From IMG/VR virus record IMGVR_UViG_3300048575_000119, positions 3,348 through 67,347 of that record: DNA of 64,000 nucleotides. One strand, given 5' to 3'. Positions 56,722 to 64,000 of the stretch are shown piece by piece. The notes below the pieces were generated by a model. The model did no database searches, was not told the origin of the DNA, and saw only the letters and a list, made by a program, of their open reading frames with translations. The translations under genes were made by a program, and so were the position numbers. The stretch's first letter is position 1, and every line of letters starts with the position of its first letter. This stretch comes from a virus.

Positions 56722-57093
56722 ATGGCAGCAACGTTTGAGCATCTTTCTTGCCCTCTTCCGCTACCTCCCCTCGATCATCTATCCGTTGCAGAGCTAACCG
56801 CGTTGCGTCAGGAGCTTCATAGGATAGGGCGCACCGCCCGCAAGGAGGCGTCCAAGACCATCCAGAAGATCCCGGGCTTGAATAAGCTCTGGCTCAAGAC
56901 GATCGCGGTCAAGACCGACGATGAGAATCGCCTGGCGATCCTTGAGGAGTTCAATCGCGAGCTGGTCAAGCATCCCGAGGCGTTCGTGAAGCACGCCTAT
57001 GCCAACTCTCTCGTCATCATCGATACGGCCATCCACGATGAGGCCATGAAACGCGCAGCTACGACCCCTGTGATGGTGACACGAAGACGTTGA
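56722..57093 (+). CDS. Hypothetical protein
   Basis: 123 aa helical; start 8 nt after the motif. Confidence 0.55.
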   Translation: MAATFEHLSCPLPLPPLDHLSVAELTALRQELHRIGRTARKEASKTIQKIPGLNKLWLKTIAVKTDDENRLAILEEFNRELVKHPEAFVKHAYANSLVIIDTAIHDEAMKRAATTPVMVTRRR

Positions 57094-57107
57094 TCCCTCG
57101 CTGACAT

Positions 57108-57115
57108 CGGTGTAG
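57108..57115 (+). promoter_or_regulatory. YGGTGTAG element
   Basis: Intergenic CGGTGTAG, 8 nt, ATG 57124. Confidence 0.6.
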
Positions 57116-57123
57116 CTACCAGC

Positions 57124-57945
57124 ATGCTAAGCGGCAAAACAGAGGGGCTACCCTACTCGCTCTCACGTTGGACCGACGTTCCGGCGTCCAAGTGGGACTG
57201 GTTCAAGGCTCAATTGGCGCAAGGGCGCATGACGGCGTTCGACCCACGAACGGCCATCCCGGGGGAATGGAGCCTCCGGCAAGAGGACACCCAGGGGCTG
57301 ATTCTTTGGACGAAGAACCCCACCAACCTCTTGAAGGACGCCGCGCTCCTCAAGGGCTACCCCCTGGTCGTGCATGTGACCTTGACGGGATGGGGCGAGG
57401 TTGAGAAAAACGCCCCCGACATTCACGAAGGCATCCGGTTGCTCAAGGACACGGTCCGGACCTTTGGGGTGCATCAAGTCGTGTGGCGGTTCACGCCTAT
57501 CCCGCAGCTCCCGACCCTTGAGATCCTCGATCGGTTCACTGAGATCGCTGAAGAGGTCGCCAAGGTGGGCGTTCGTGAGGTCTACACGGTCTTCTTGCAG
57601 CCGAATGACCGGATGCCTGAGACCCGGACGGTCCACCGGCGCCACCTCACGATCCAAGCCATGGCGCGATCGGTGGAGTACCTACACATCCTGGTGCTTC
57701 ATTGCAAGGATGACCAGACAACCCTCTCCAAGCCGATCGACCAGTACGAGTACAACCTCGATGTAGGCGTTTGTGAGGACGGGCGGCGGTTCGGGGCGCC
57801 TCCCACCATGGATTGCGGATGCTGCCTTGCCGTTGACCCCTTCACGATCAACGAGACGTGCGCCTTGGGGTGCAAGTACTGCTACGCGGCGGATAAGAGC
57901 CTCTCGGCGAAGAAGCGCAACACGACGCTCAGGGTGCTGCCTTGA
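57124..57945 (+). CDS. DUF1848-family protein (radical SAM-related, C-terminal Cys cluster)
   Basis: SLSRWTDVPA..WDWF, LWTKNP, VVWRFTPI, CGC...ETCALGCKYCYA. Confidence 0.75.
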   Translation: MLSGKTEGLPYSLSRWTDVPASKWDWFKAQLAQGRMTAFDPRTAIPGEWSLRQEDTQGLILWTKNPTNLLKDAALLKGYPLVVHVTLTGWGEVEKNAPDIHEGIRLLKDTVRTFGVHQVVWRFTPIPQLPTLEILDRFTEIAEEVAKVGVREVYTVFLQPNDRMPETRTVHRRHLTIQAMARSVEYLHILVLHCKDDQTTLSKPIDQYEYNLDVGVCEDGRRFGAPPTMDCGCCLAVDPFTINETCALGCKYCYAADKSLSAKKRNTTLRVLP

Positions 57946-58331
57946 TTCACACGCATCCGTTTGCGGAGGATTGGCTTGCGCTCCAGGGCATACACATCCC
58001 CCCGGAGCCTGCCAAGGTCTCGCACTTCCTGAATTTTGACGTGACGCTCTACGACTACCACGACCCCCGCCCTCTTACGGAGGTGGTTGAGGATCAGATC
58101 ATGGTTTTGCTGGAGCGCTTCAAACCTGGAATGGACACACGCCTTCAGGTGGTGACCACGTATGCGGACGGTTCGAGTTACACCCGCACCTTAACACATC
58201 TGTTCTTCAACATGCCCAGGTACGACCTTGTGCATCGCGCGGTCACGTTATGCGACGACCGCGAGCGAGAGATTGTGAGCATCTTGTTAGCACTACACAA
58301 CATGGAAGAGATCCCCCATGCCAAATCTTGA
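57942..58331 (+). CDS. Hypothetical protein
   Basis: TTG start overlapping the upstream stop. Confidence 0.45.
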   Translation: MIHTHPFAEDWLALQGIHIPPEPAKVSHFLNFDVTLYDYHDPRPLTEVVEDQIMVLLERFKPGMDTRLQVVTTYADGSSYTRTLTHLFFNMPRYDLVHRAVTLCDDREREIVSILLALHNMEEIPHAKS

Positions 58332-58572
58332 GGACTCACCTGACTTGACCGACGAAGAGGTTGCGGCGGCGGTAGACGCGACGGACGCTGAGCTTGGGAA
58401 TCGCCTATTCGACCTCAAGTGTCGGTGCGATAGGCTTCACGAGCGGAGGCACAATAGCCTTCGTCGACGTCGCCCCTACCACTACGCCATTTTCGAGCTA
58501 AGCTGCCCTGTATGCGGTGACGCCCAAAAGGCTGTCTTCCGTTTGACCGATCCGAAATGGAGACTCACATGA
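58318..58572 (+). CDS. Small zinc-ribbon-like protein
   Basis: CRC...CPVC. Confidence 0.5.
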   Translation: MPNLEDSPDLTDEEVAAAVDATDAELGNRLFDLKCRCDRLHERRHNSLRRRRPYHYAIFELSCPVCGDAQKAVFRLTDPKWRLT

Positions 58573-58934
58573 GCAAGTGCGACGACGGTTGTGACCAGAC
58601 CCCGGTGACGTGCGAGACGCCCCGGACGACATACTGCGATCGAGATCGCAAGAACAACGTCTGGATCGAGGGCGGTGATCCCGCGACCGGCGAGGGCGGT
58701 GTGTGCCTCTTAGACAACATGCACCGCGAGCAGGTCGTCTACATCCTTGAGCGGGACGAGATCGCCCGGCGCGACCTTGCTCGTGTGACGAGCGATCCTG
58801 AGCTTCAGGAGATGGCGCTTACGGTACCGCGCCTCGCGACCAAGGAAGAGGCGGACACGATCCAGGAGAAGGCCAACGCCAACACGATGCCCTTCTACAC
58901 GGCCTTTGCGGGGCGGCCCCCCTTCGCCCAGTGA
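58569..58934 (+). CDS. Hypothetical protein
   Basis: GGAG RBS; ATGA-coupled. Confidence 0.5.
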   Translation: MSKCDDGCDQTPVTCETPRTTYCDRDRKNNVWIEGGDPATGEGGVCLLDNMHREQVVYILERDEIARRDLARVTSDPELQEMALTVPRLATKEEADTIQEKANANTMPFYTAFAGRPPFAQ

Positions 58935-58941
58935 GGTTGCC

Positions 58942-59289
58942 ATGGGCGGACAGATGAGAAAGATTGCTCGAAGGCAAAAGCAGGACCCCGTCAAGGCCCT
59001 CGGGTCAGCCATGCAAGCCCTCGAACGGCTTCAAGGCGTCCCGGAGCTTGTGGCGGCCGTCAAGAGCGTTGGCGAGGACCTCTCCGAAATCCAAAAGGTC
59101 CTGGCGATGGCCATCCAGGACCTTGGGGACCTCGACCATCGCTTCAATAGATTTCGGTATGCCGTCACCGAGATACTCGCGATCGGCGGAACGGATACGG
59201 ACATCGCCTACTTCGAGGCCAAGTACGACAAGGAGACCAAGCATGACGATCCGGCACAAGGACCAGCAGACGGCAAAGACCCCGCGTGA
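58942..59289 (+). CDS. Hypothetical coiled-coil protein
   Basis: GAGG RBS before ATG 58942. Confidence 0.5.
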   Translation: MGGQMRKIARRQKQDPVKALGSAMQALERLQGVPELVAAVKSVGEDLSEIQKVLAMAIQDLGDLDHRFNRFRYAVTEILAIGGTDTDIAYFEAKYDKETKHDDPAQGPADGKDPA

Positions 59290-59467
59290 CCTCTACGGGT
59301 GGGTCAAGCTGGCGCAGCTTGCCATTGCTCGGGCGGAAAAGATCAAGGATCGCCGTCTTGAGGGGCTGCGTGCATCGCTAACCAACGGAAAAGCCGAGAG
59401 AACCCTTCGACAGCTCGGGATCATTTGTGAGGCCGACGTCGATCGCGAATTCCCCAACCCAACCTGA
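59243..59467 (+). CDS. Hypothetical protein
   Basis: AAGGAG before ATG 59243. Confidence 0.5.
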   Translation: MTIRHKDQQTAKTPRDLYGWVKLAQLAIARAEKIKDRRLEGLRASLTNGKAERTLRQLGIICEADVDREFPNPT

Positions 59468-59552
59468 CCCGCCTAAAATCGAAACCACGATGCAAAGTTC
59501 TCTTGACATCGTGGGCATCACATCAAAAGATGGTGGCGATCATTAGACCTGG

Positions 59553-59560
59553 TGGTGTAG
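59553..59560 (+). promoter_or_regulatory. YGGTGTAG element
   Basis: Intergenic TGGTGTAG 39 nt before ATG 59600 (AAGGAG SD). Confidence 0.55.
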
Positions 59561-59599
59561 ACATCAGGACAGAACCACATCGGATTCAAGGAGATCAAC

Positions 59600-60268
59600 A
59601 TGAACGCACGTGAGCTGAAGAACACCCGCAAGCGGACCCTGGGCCTTGTCAACGCGATCGAAGCGCAGATCAAGAAACTCGAAGGCACCCTCAAGAGTGC
59701 CAAGTCGCACCTCAAGGAGGTCGACACCCTCATCGCCGACAACACCAAGCTGAGCGTGGCCAAGAAGAACGTCAAGGCTGAGAAGCCTGCGAAGGCTGCC
59801 AAGCCCGCGAAGGAAGTCAAAGCGGCCAAGGCGGAGAAGCCTGCGAAGACGGGTGATCGCCCGACGCTGGTTGAAGCGATCAAGATCGTCATGGGCAACA
59901 AGGTGATGAACGCCGAGGCGGTTCTCGCTGCGCTCACAGAGAAGGGGTGGGCACCCGGTGCCCAAGACAAGAAGACCTACACGAGCTACCTGCTCTCCTC
60001 GAACAAGGATGTCTTCGAACGCGTGCCTGACAAGGGTCGGGGATTCTACCGCGTCGCCGATGTCAAGGTGAAGGCTGCCGCTCCCAAGGCCGAGGCAAAG
60101 GCTGAAGTCAAGGCAGAGGCGCCCAAGGCCGAGGCAAAGGCTGAAGCCAAGGTCGAGGCCCCCAAGGCGGAGGCGCCCAAGGCCAAGAAGGACAAGGCTG
60201 CTGACGACAAGATCCTCGCCGACCTGGGCGTTACCGCGCCCGACGCCGCCAACCCCTTCGGCGGCTGA
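59600..60268 (+). CDS. Histone H1-like Lys/Ala-rich protein with a central HARE-HTH-like winged helix
   Basis: KPAK/KAEAK repeats flanking TLVEAIKIVMG...MNAEAVLAAL...YLLS...FERV..GRGFYRV. Confidence 0.65.
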   Translation: MNARELKNTRKRTLGLVNAIEAQIKKLEGTLKSAKSHLKEVDTLIADNTKLSVAKKNVKAEKPAKAAKPAKEVKAAKAEKPAKTGDRPTLVEAIKIVMGNKVMNAEAVLAALTEKGWAPGAQDKKTYTSYLLSSNKDVFERVPDKGRGFYRVADVKVKAAAPKAEAKAEVKAEAPKAEAKAEAKVEAPKAEAPKAKKDKAADDKILADLGVTAPDAANPFGG

Positions 60269-60288
60269 TCCTACACTTCAAGCCCTTC

Positions 60289-60330
60289 CACAAGGGGGAC
60301 GAGCTTTACGGCCGTCCCCCTTGTGCTTTC
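60289..60330 (+). terminator. Rho-independent terminator
   Basis: CACAAGGGGGACG-11 nt-CGTCCCCCTTGTG (13 bp) then CTTTCT, after the H1-like gene. Confidence 0.65.
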
Positions 60331-60338
60331 TGGTGTAG
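60331..60338 (+). promoter_or_regulatory. YGGTGTAG element
   Basis: TGGTGTAG immediately after the terminator, 36 nt before ATG 60375 (GAGGA SD). Confidence 0.6.
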
Positions 60339-60374
60339 CTGTAGGGTGTACGTGAGACACTGACGAGGATTTGT

Positions 60375-60740
60375 ATGTCAGACCGTAATGTAACGATCGA
60401 CGCCGCCCGCAGGCTGATCAAGATCCGCATGCAGCAGGCGATTTGCCGTGAGAAACTCAAGGAGCTGGGAGGGACGGACCATATCTGGGAACCTATGCTG
60501 ATGCTTGCAGACGGCTTCTACGACGAGGCCCTTAAGGATTGGAATGCCCATCTCAAGAGCGTCCCGATGCACATGCATGTCCGGCTTGCGCTCATCGTTG
60601 AGGCTATCTCCCAAGCAACCATTGAGGCGGGCTTCCCTTACAAGGACCACTGCGATGAAGCCTGGATCAAGCGGGTCATCGGTAACTTCCTGGCCACCTT
60701 TGACCCGATGGAGATGCTTGACGGTGTAGGGGACGCTTGA
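60375..60740 (+). CDS. Hypothetical protein
   Basis: GAGGA RBS; 121 aa. Confidence 0.55.
   Translation: MSDRNVTIDAARRLIKIRMQQAICREKLKELGGTDHIWEPMLMLADGFYDEALKDWNAHLKSVPMHMHVRLALIVEAISQATIEAGFPYKDHCDEAWIKRVIGNFLATFDPMEMLDGVGDA
60722..60729 (+). promoter_or_regulatory. YGGTGTAG element
   Basis: CGGTGTAG 7 nt before TTG 60737 and 10 nt before ATG 60740. Confidence 0.45.
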
Positions 60741-61234
60741 TGAAGACCGGGGACCTCATAGATCTGGATGGCAAACGCTACCAAGTCGGTCAATTTCGAC
60801 GTGACGTTAGGACCTTCATGGTTTACGACGTCACTGGAGTTGGGCGTGAGGTCCCAGACGACATTCCGCACAAGGTCGTGGCGCAACCGCCCTCCACGTG
60901 GCCCTTCATCACGTCGAAGGAGCATCCCAAACACGGGGCGGTAGCGTCCGTTCAGATCCCGTCCCGGCAGCGGGAGCTTACACCTCTTGAGGATTGGGCG
61001 CCAAGTGAGCCCACCCGGGCAGGCGGCAGTATCTTCCTGAACCCTGCCTTGGGGCTACGCCTTGGGGATACCGTCAACGTCACGCTCCGATCGGGAAAGA
61101 TCGTCCGTGTGACCATACAGAGGTCCTTTGCGTCGGTTCCACAGCGGATCGAAAGAGCTGCGGCCAAACCCAAGGAGCCAAAGACTGCTTTTGACCATCT
61201 CCTAGAGGGAGATGACGATGAAGATACCCCTTGA
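60737..61234 (+). CDS. Hypothetical protein
   Basis: 165 aa, coupled to the upstream stop. Confidence 0.55.
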   Translation: MMKTGDLIDLDGKRYQVGQFRRDVRTFMVYDVTGVGREVPDDIPHKVVAQPPSTWPFITSKEHPKHGAVASVQIPSRQRELTPLEDWAPSEPTRAGGSIFLNPALGLRLGDTVNVTLRSGKIVRVTIQRSFASVPQRIERAAAKPKEPKTAFDHLLEGDDDEDTP

Positions 61235-61820
61235 AGTCGATCGCGCCGTGGGTGCAATGCGGGTTGCCCGTTCCAGCATCCTCGAGGAGTTCACCCGGAA
61301 GAACGTGATGGGCACCACCTGTAGTGAGGGGTGTCACCATTGCTGCTATTGGCCGGTAGCGATATCGGTCCTTGAAGGGGCGGAGATCTACCTGCACCTC
61401 AAGGCGCAACACCGTTGGACGACGTCATTGGCGGCTCGACTTGACCAAGCGGCGACGGCGGTAACGGGGCTCAGCTATCCTGTGTGGCTGCATTCCGAGA
61501 CACCGTGCGTCTTCCTCGAGAAGGGGCGCTGCTCGATCTATGCGGCAAGGCCAACGGCGTGTCGCAGCGCAATCTCTAAGGGGGACCCCTTGGATTGTAA
61601 CGTCCATCGGTTAATCCAAGCGCAAAGCCTGGTCCCACGGGTTTCCGTCATGACGCGGTTTCACCAAGAGGAGCAGGCTATCCTCAAGCAATTCAAGGGT
61701 GACTGGCATACCATGCCGATCCCTACGGCGGTCCTTGTAGCGCATCGCATCTGCTCTGGGGAGTTCAACCTGAGCCAGGCCCGCGCGGCGGTGTTCGTTG
61801 AACACTTGGGGAGGATGTGA
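61212..61820 (+). CDS. YkgJ-family cysteine-cluster (CxxxCxxCC) protein
   Basis: TCSEGCHHCCY...CVFLEKGRCSIYAARPTACR. Confidence 0.8.
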   Translation: MTMKIPLEVDRAVGAMRVARSSILEEFTRKNVMGTTCSEGCHHCCYWPVAISVLEGAEIYLHLKAQHRWTTSLAARLDQAATAVTGLSYPVWLHSETPCVFLEKGRCSIYAARPTACRSAISKGDPLDCNVHRLIQAQSLVPRVSVMTRFHQEEQAILKQFKGDWHTMPIPTAVLVAHRICSGEFNLSQARAAVFVEHLGRM

Positions 61821-62107
61821 TGATTTGCTCGGTATGCCGAAAAGAGAAGCCTTGCCCTCACAAGGTCACGCTGACCCAGGAGCAGCTTGAATCAATGCGC
61901 AAGCTCACGGGGCATGACCTCCCGGAGAGCTTCTACTACTGCGAGCCGTGCTGGCGCGTAGTGATGGATCGTGAACGCGGGGCGGCGCTTCTTCGGGGGC
62001 TCTACCAGACCGCGTTGACCAACCTCGGACATCCAAATGCCGTCAAAGCAGGGGAACGCCTACAAGCATTCCTCCTTGATAAGACCAGGAAAGGTAAGCC
62101 GTCGTGA
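61817..62107 (+). CDS. Small zinc-finger-like protein
   Basis: CSVC...YYCEPC. Confidence 0.55.
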   Translation: MMICSVCRKEKPCPHKVTLTQEQLESMRKLTGHDLPESFYYCEPCWRVVMDRERGAALLRGLYQTALTNLGHPNAVKAGERLQAFLLDKTRKGKPS

Positions 62108-62772
62108 GTGACAACAAGTTCGAAGCCTTGATGCAACACCTTAACGGGATCCGTGAAAAGTACGGCGACGACGCCTACAAATCGGCCGCTACGGACATCG
62201 CGGGGCAATTCTTGGCGCAAGGAGGGGAGACCGCTGCCTTCGCCCGAGAGGCTTTCAAGGGCGTCGTTGATTTCGACGCCGTAGAGAAGCAGCGGGCTGA
62301 AATGCCTGCGGACAATCCCATCCTGGCGGCCATTCAACAGCAAGTCCCGGGGATCAAGTCACAAGCGCAATTCAACGTCTTCATGGCAGCCTTTGACGCC
62401 CTGCGGGCCACCATGAACGCCATCTTCACGGGCAACGACGCTGACGAGGCCAAGGGTAAGAAGGCTCTTGAGTCAGCCTATGAGGCCGCACACAAGGCGA
62501 CCGAGATCACAGGTAAGCTCACAGACGTCCCGGAGGCCGCTACCAGCAAGGCCGCCGAAGAATTCAAGAACCCTCCACGTCAATTCACGGAGCTATCCGA
62601 ACAACGTGCCCTCCTCACCGAGCTTGGCGAGATCAAGAGCACCGACACCCTCAACACGTGGTACGCTGCCAACCGCTCCCGTATTGACCGGGTTGTAAGT
62701 CAATCGCTACGCAACGCTCTCTTCGACTCGATTCGACAGAAGAGGGACGCGCTTTCCGCCTCCTCGGTGTAG
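62104..62772 (+). CDS. Hypothetical helical protein
   Basis: 222 aa, GTGA-coupled; ends GTG TAG. Confidence 0.6.
   Translation: MSDNKFEALMQHLNGIREKYGDDAYKSAATDIAGQFLAQGGETAAFAREAFKGVVDFDAVEKQRAEMPADNPILAAIQQQVPGIKSQAQFNVFMAAFDALRATMNAIFTGNDADEAKGKKALESAYEAAHKATEITGKLTDVPEAATSKAAEEFKNPPRQFTELSEQRALLTELGEIKSTDTLNTWYAANRSRIDRVVSQSLRNALFDSIRQKRDALSASSV
62765..62772 (+). promoter_or_regulatory. YGGTGTAG element
   Basis: CGGTGTAG, 9 nt, ATG 62782. Confidence 0.6.
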
Positions 62773-62781
62773 AACCGGGGC

Positions 62782-62979
62782 ATGCCACACCCTGATCGAG
62801 ACCACTGGTGGTATTGTCAAGCCAATGAGACCTTGCTACAAGGCCCTGGGTTTGATTTCAAGACCCTTGTCGCCGTCGAGGCGGATGACCTTGTCGTGCG
62901 GACCGGGATCGACCCGGATAACCCAATCCGGATTCCTCTCCCCTTGCTTGAAAATCTCCTGCGAAAGGCTGAAGGATGA
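62782..62979 (+). CDS. Hypothetical protein
   Basis: 65 aa, ATGA-coupled to the DHH gene. Confidence 0.5.
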   Translation: MPHPDRDHWWYCQANETLLQGPGFDFKTLVAVEADDLVVRTGIDPDNPIRIPLPLLENLLRKAEG

Positions 62980-63914
62980 CTCTCTCCATTGAAAAGCTAC
63001 GAAGCATCAAGACCATCATCACGCATGATGTGTGCCCTGATGGCACCGCCTCGGCCCTGATCCTCCAAGACGCTCTGGCTGAGAACGGGCTCACGGTCAA
63101 GTTCATCCAATACGGGACGGAGGCGATGGCTGCGCTCCAGCCGGAGCCTGGGATGATCTTCTGCGACGTGCATCCCAACGAGGACATGGCACAAGCCTTC
63201 GCGGACGCCGGGGCGATCCTCCTTGACCACCACCGGACGGCAGAGCATGTCGTCAAGCTCTTCGGGGACAATGGTGTCTACTCCGCCGAGCCTGGGGTGA
63301 GCGGGGCGACCTTGGCCTACCGTGAGGTATGGCTTCCGGCCGTCGAGGCGAAGCTCTCGGAGCACCACGCCTCCAAGACGATGGTCGAACGGATCGCGAC
63401 GCTTGCGGGCATCCGTGACACTTGGCAGAAGACAGATCCTCAATGGATCGAAGCCTGCCATCAATCCTACGGGCTCATGTTCCTCCCGCAGGAAGCCTTC
63501 ATCGGGTCGGTATCCGCGACGCTTAGCCCTCCCTTCTGGTCCAACCTCATGTGGGCTGGAAAGGTTCAGTATGAGAAGGGCTTGCGCCGGGTTGAACGGG
63601 CTGTCCGTGACGCCTACCGCTTCACGTCGGCCAAGGGGACCCGGGTTGCGGTATTCGAGGGAGTCAAGATGACGAGTGACGCTGCCGAGGTAGCCTCGGA
63701 CATCGACCTCATCGTCGGGTTCGACTACTACGTCGACAAGGGGATCCCCAAGGCGGTCTTCTCGACGCGTAGCCGGACGACCTTTGACTGCGGGTCTTTC
63801 TGCAAGGCCCAGGGCGGTGGGGGCCACACCAAGGCGGCAGGCTTCAACGTGCCCAACCCCAAGCAGGACCCCTGGTCCATTGTGATGGAACGCGTCAACG
63901 CGTTTGAGGGGTGA
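62976..63914 (+). CDS. DHH/DHHA1 phosphoesterase
   Basis: ITHDVCPDG, FCDV, LLDHH, STRS, GGGHTKAAGF. Confidence 0.85.
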   Translation: MTLSIEKLRSIKTIITHDVCPDGTASALILQDALAENGLTVKFIQYGTEAMAALQPEPGMIFCDVHPNEDMAQAFADAGAILLDHHRTAEHVVKLFGDNGVYSAEPGVSGATLAYREVWLPAVEAKLSEHHASKTMVERIATLAGIRDTWQKTDPQWIEACHQSYGLMFLPQEAFIGSVSATLSPPFWSNLMWAGKVQYEKGLRRVERAVRDAYRFTSAKGTRVAVFEGVKMTSDAAEVASDIDLIVGFDYYVDKGIPKAVFSTRSRTTFDCGSFCKAQGGGGHTKAAGFNVPNPKQDPWSIVMERVNAFEG

Positions 63915-63915
63915 T

Positions 63916-64000
63916 ATGCCAAGAGGCTATATCGCCACAACCCTGGCCGAGCTTGACGCCCTTCATGGGCAGCTCGTGCCGGGGTCGCACCTCGTCTTCC
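63916..64000 (+). CDS. Start of a gene truncated by the window end
   Basis: GAGGGG plus ATG 63916, open to the end (MPRGYIATT...). Confidence 0.45.
   Translation, partial: MPRGYIATTLAELDALHGQLVPGSHLVF

Noticed and set aside
59503-59531. TTGACA-N17-AAAGAT promoter upstream of the H1-like gene
   Set aside because: Perfect -35 but only a 3/6 match at -10, and a YGGTGTAG copy lies closer to the gene; it cannot be supported without TSS data.
1-64000. Stop-codon reassignment, prompted by frequent TAG and two broken genes
   Set aside because: Genes tile densely in the standard code, TAG ends conserved proteins at sensible positions, and both breaks are frameshifts rather than in-frame stops.
1-64000. 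tRNA, rRNA or CRISPR arrays
   Set aside because: Intergenic gaps are short, and I saw no cloverleaf or regularly spaced repeat-spacer structure; a covariance-model scan was not possible.
1-64000. Many 60-350 aa ORFs antisense to or out of frame with the called genes (e.g. 54144-55202, 62997-63827)
   Set aside because: Typical shadow ORFs of GC-rich coding DNA, with no RBS, no recognisable motifs and full overlap with confident genes.

Overview
A 64 kb, GC-rich segment (estimated by eye at about 60-65% GC) of a large tailed phage with a contractile-tail-type baseplate. It is densely coded in the standard genetic code and almost entirely on the + strand. Region 1-30.5 kb holds baseplate, tail and tail-fibre/tailspike genes (proteins up to 2311 aa), two free-standing GIY-YIG homing endonucleases and a holin/spanin-like cassette. 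Region 30.5-64 kb holds AdoMetDC-like and MazG genes, a replication module (SNF2 helicase, degenerate helicase loader, DnaB, primase zinc-finger domain, family A DNA polymerase) and a DUF2997-DUF1257-Ycf46-like AAA triad. It also carries nucleotide metabolism genes (5'-nucleotidase, ThyA, DHFR), a nitrilase-family hydrolase, ClpX, a frameshifted ADP-ribosyltransferase-like gene, DUF1848, a histone H1-like HTH protein, a YkgJ-like protein, a DHH phosphoesterase and many small hypotheticals. The strongest unexplained signal is a non-canonical promoter-like octamer, YGGTGTAG. I found 17 sense-type copies by eye, all between 32 and 63 kb, and nine of them sit exactly 8-9 nt before start codons that lack a Shine-Dalgarno sequence. 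A second TTTAT/TCTAT motif marks probable late genes, including a holin whose RBS is locked in a hairpin. No tRNA, rRNA or CRISPR array was recognised. All family assignments come from motifs read by eye, not from database searches.
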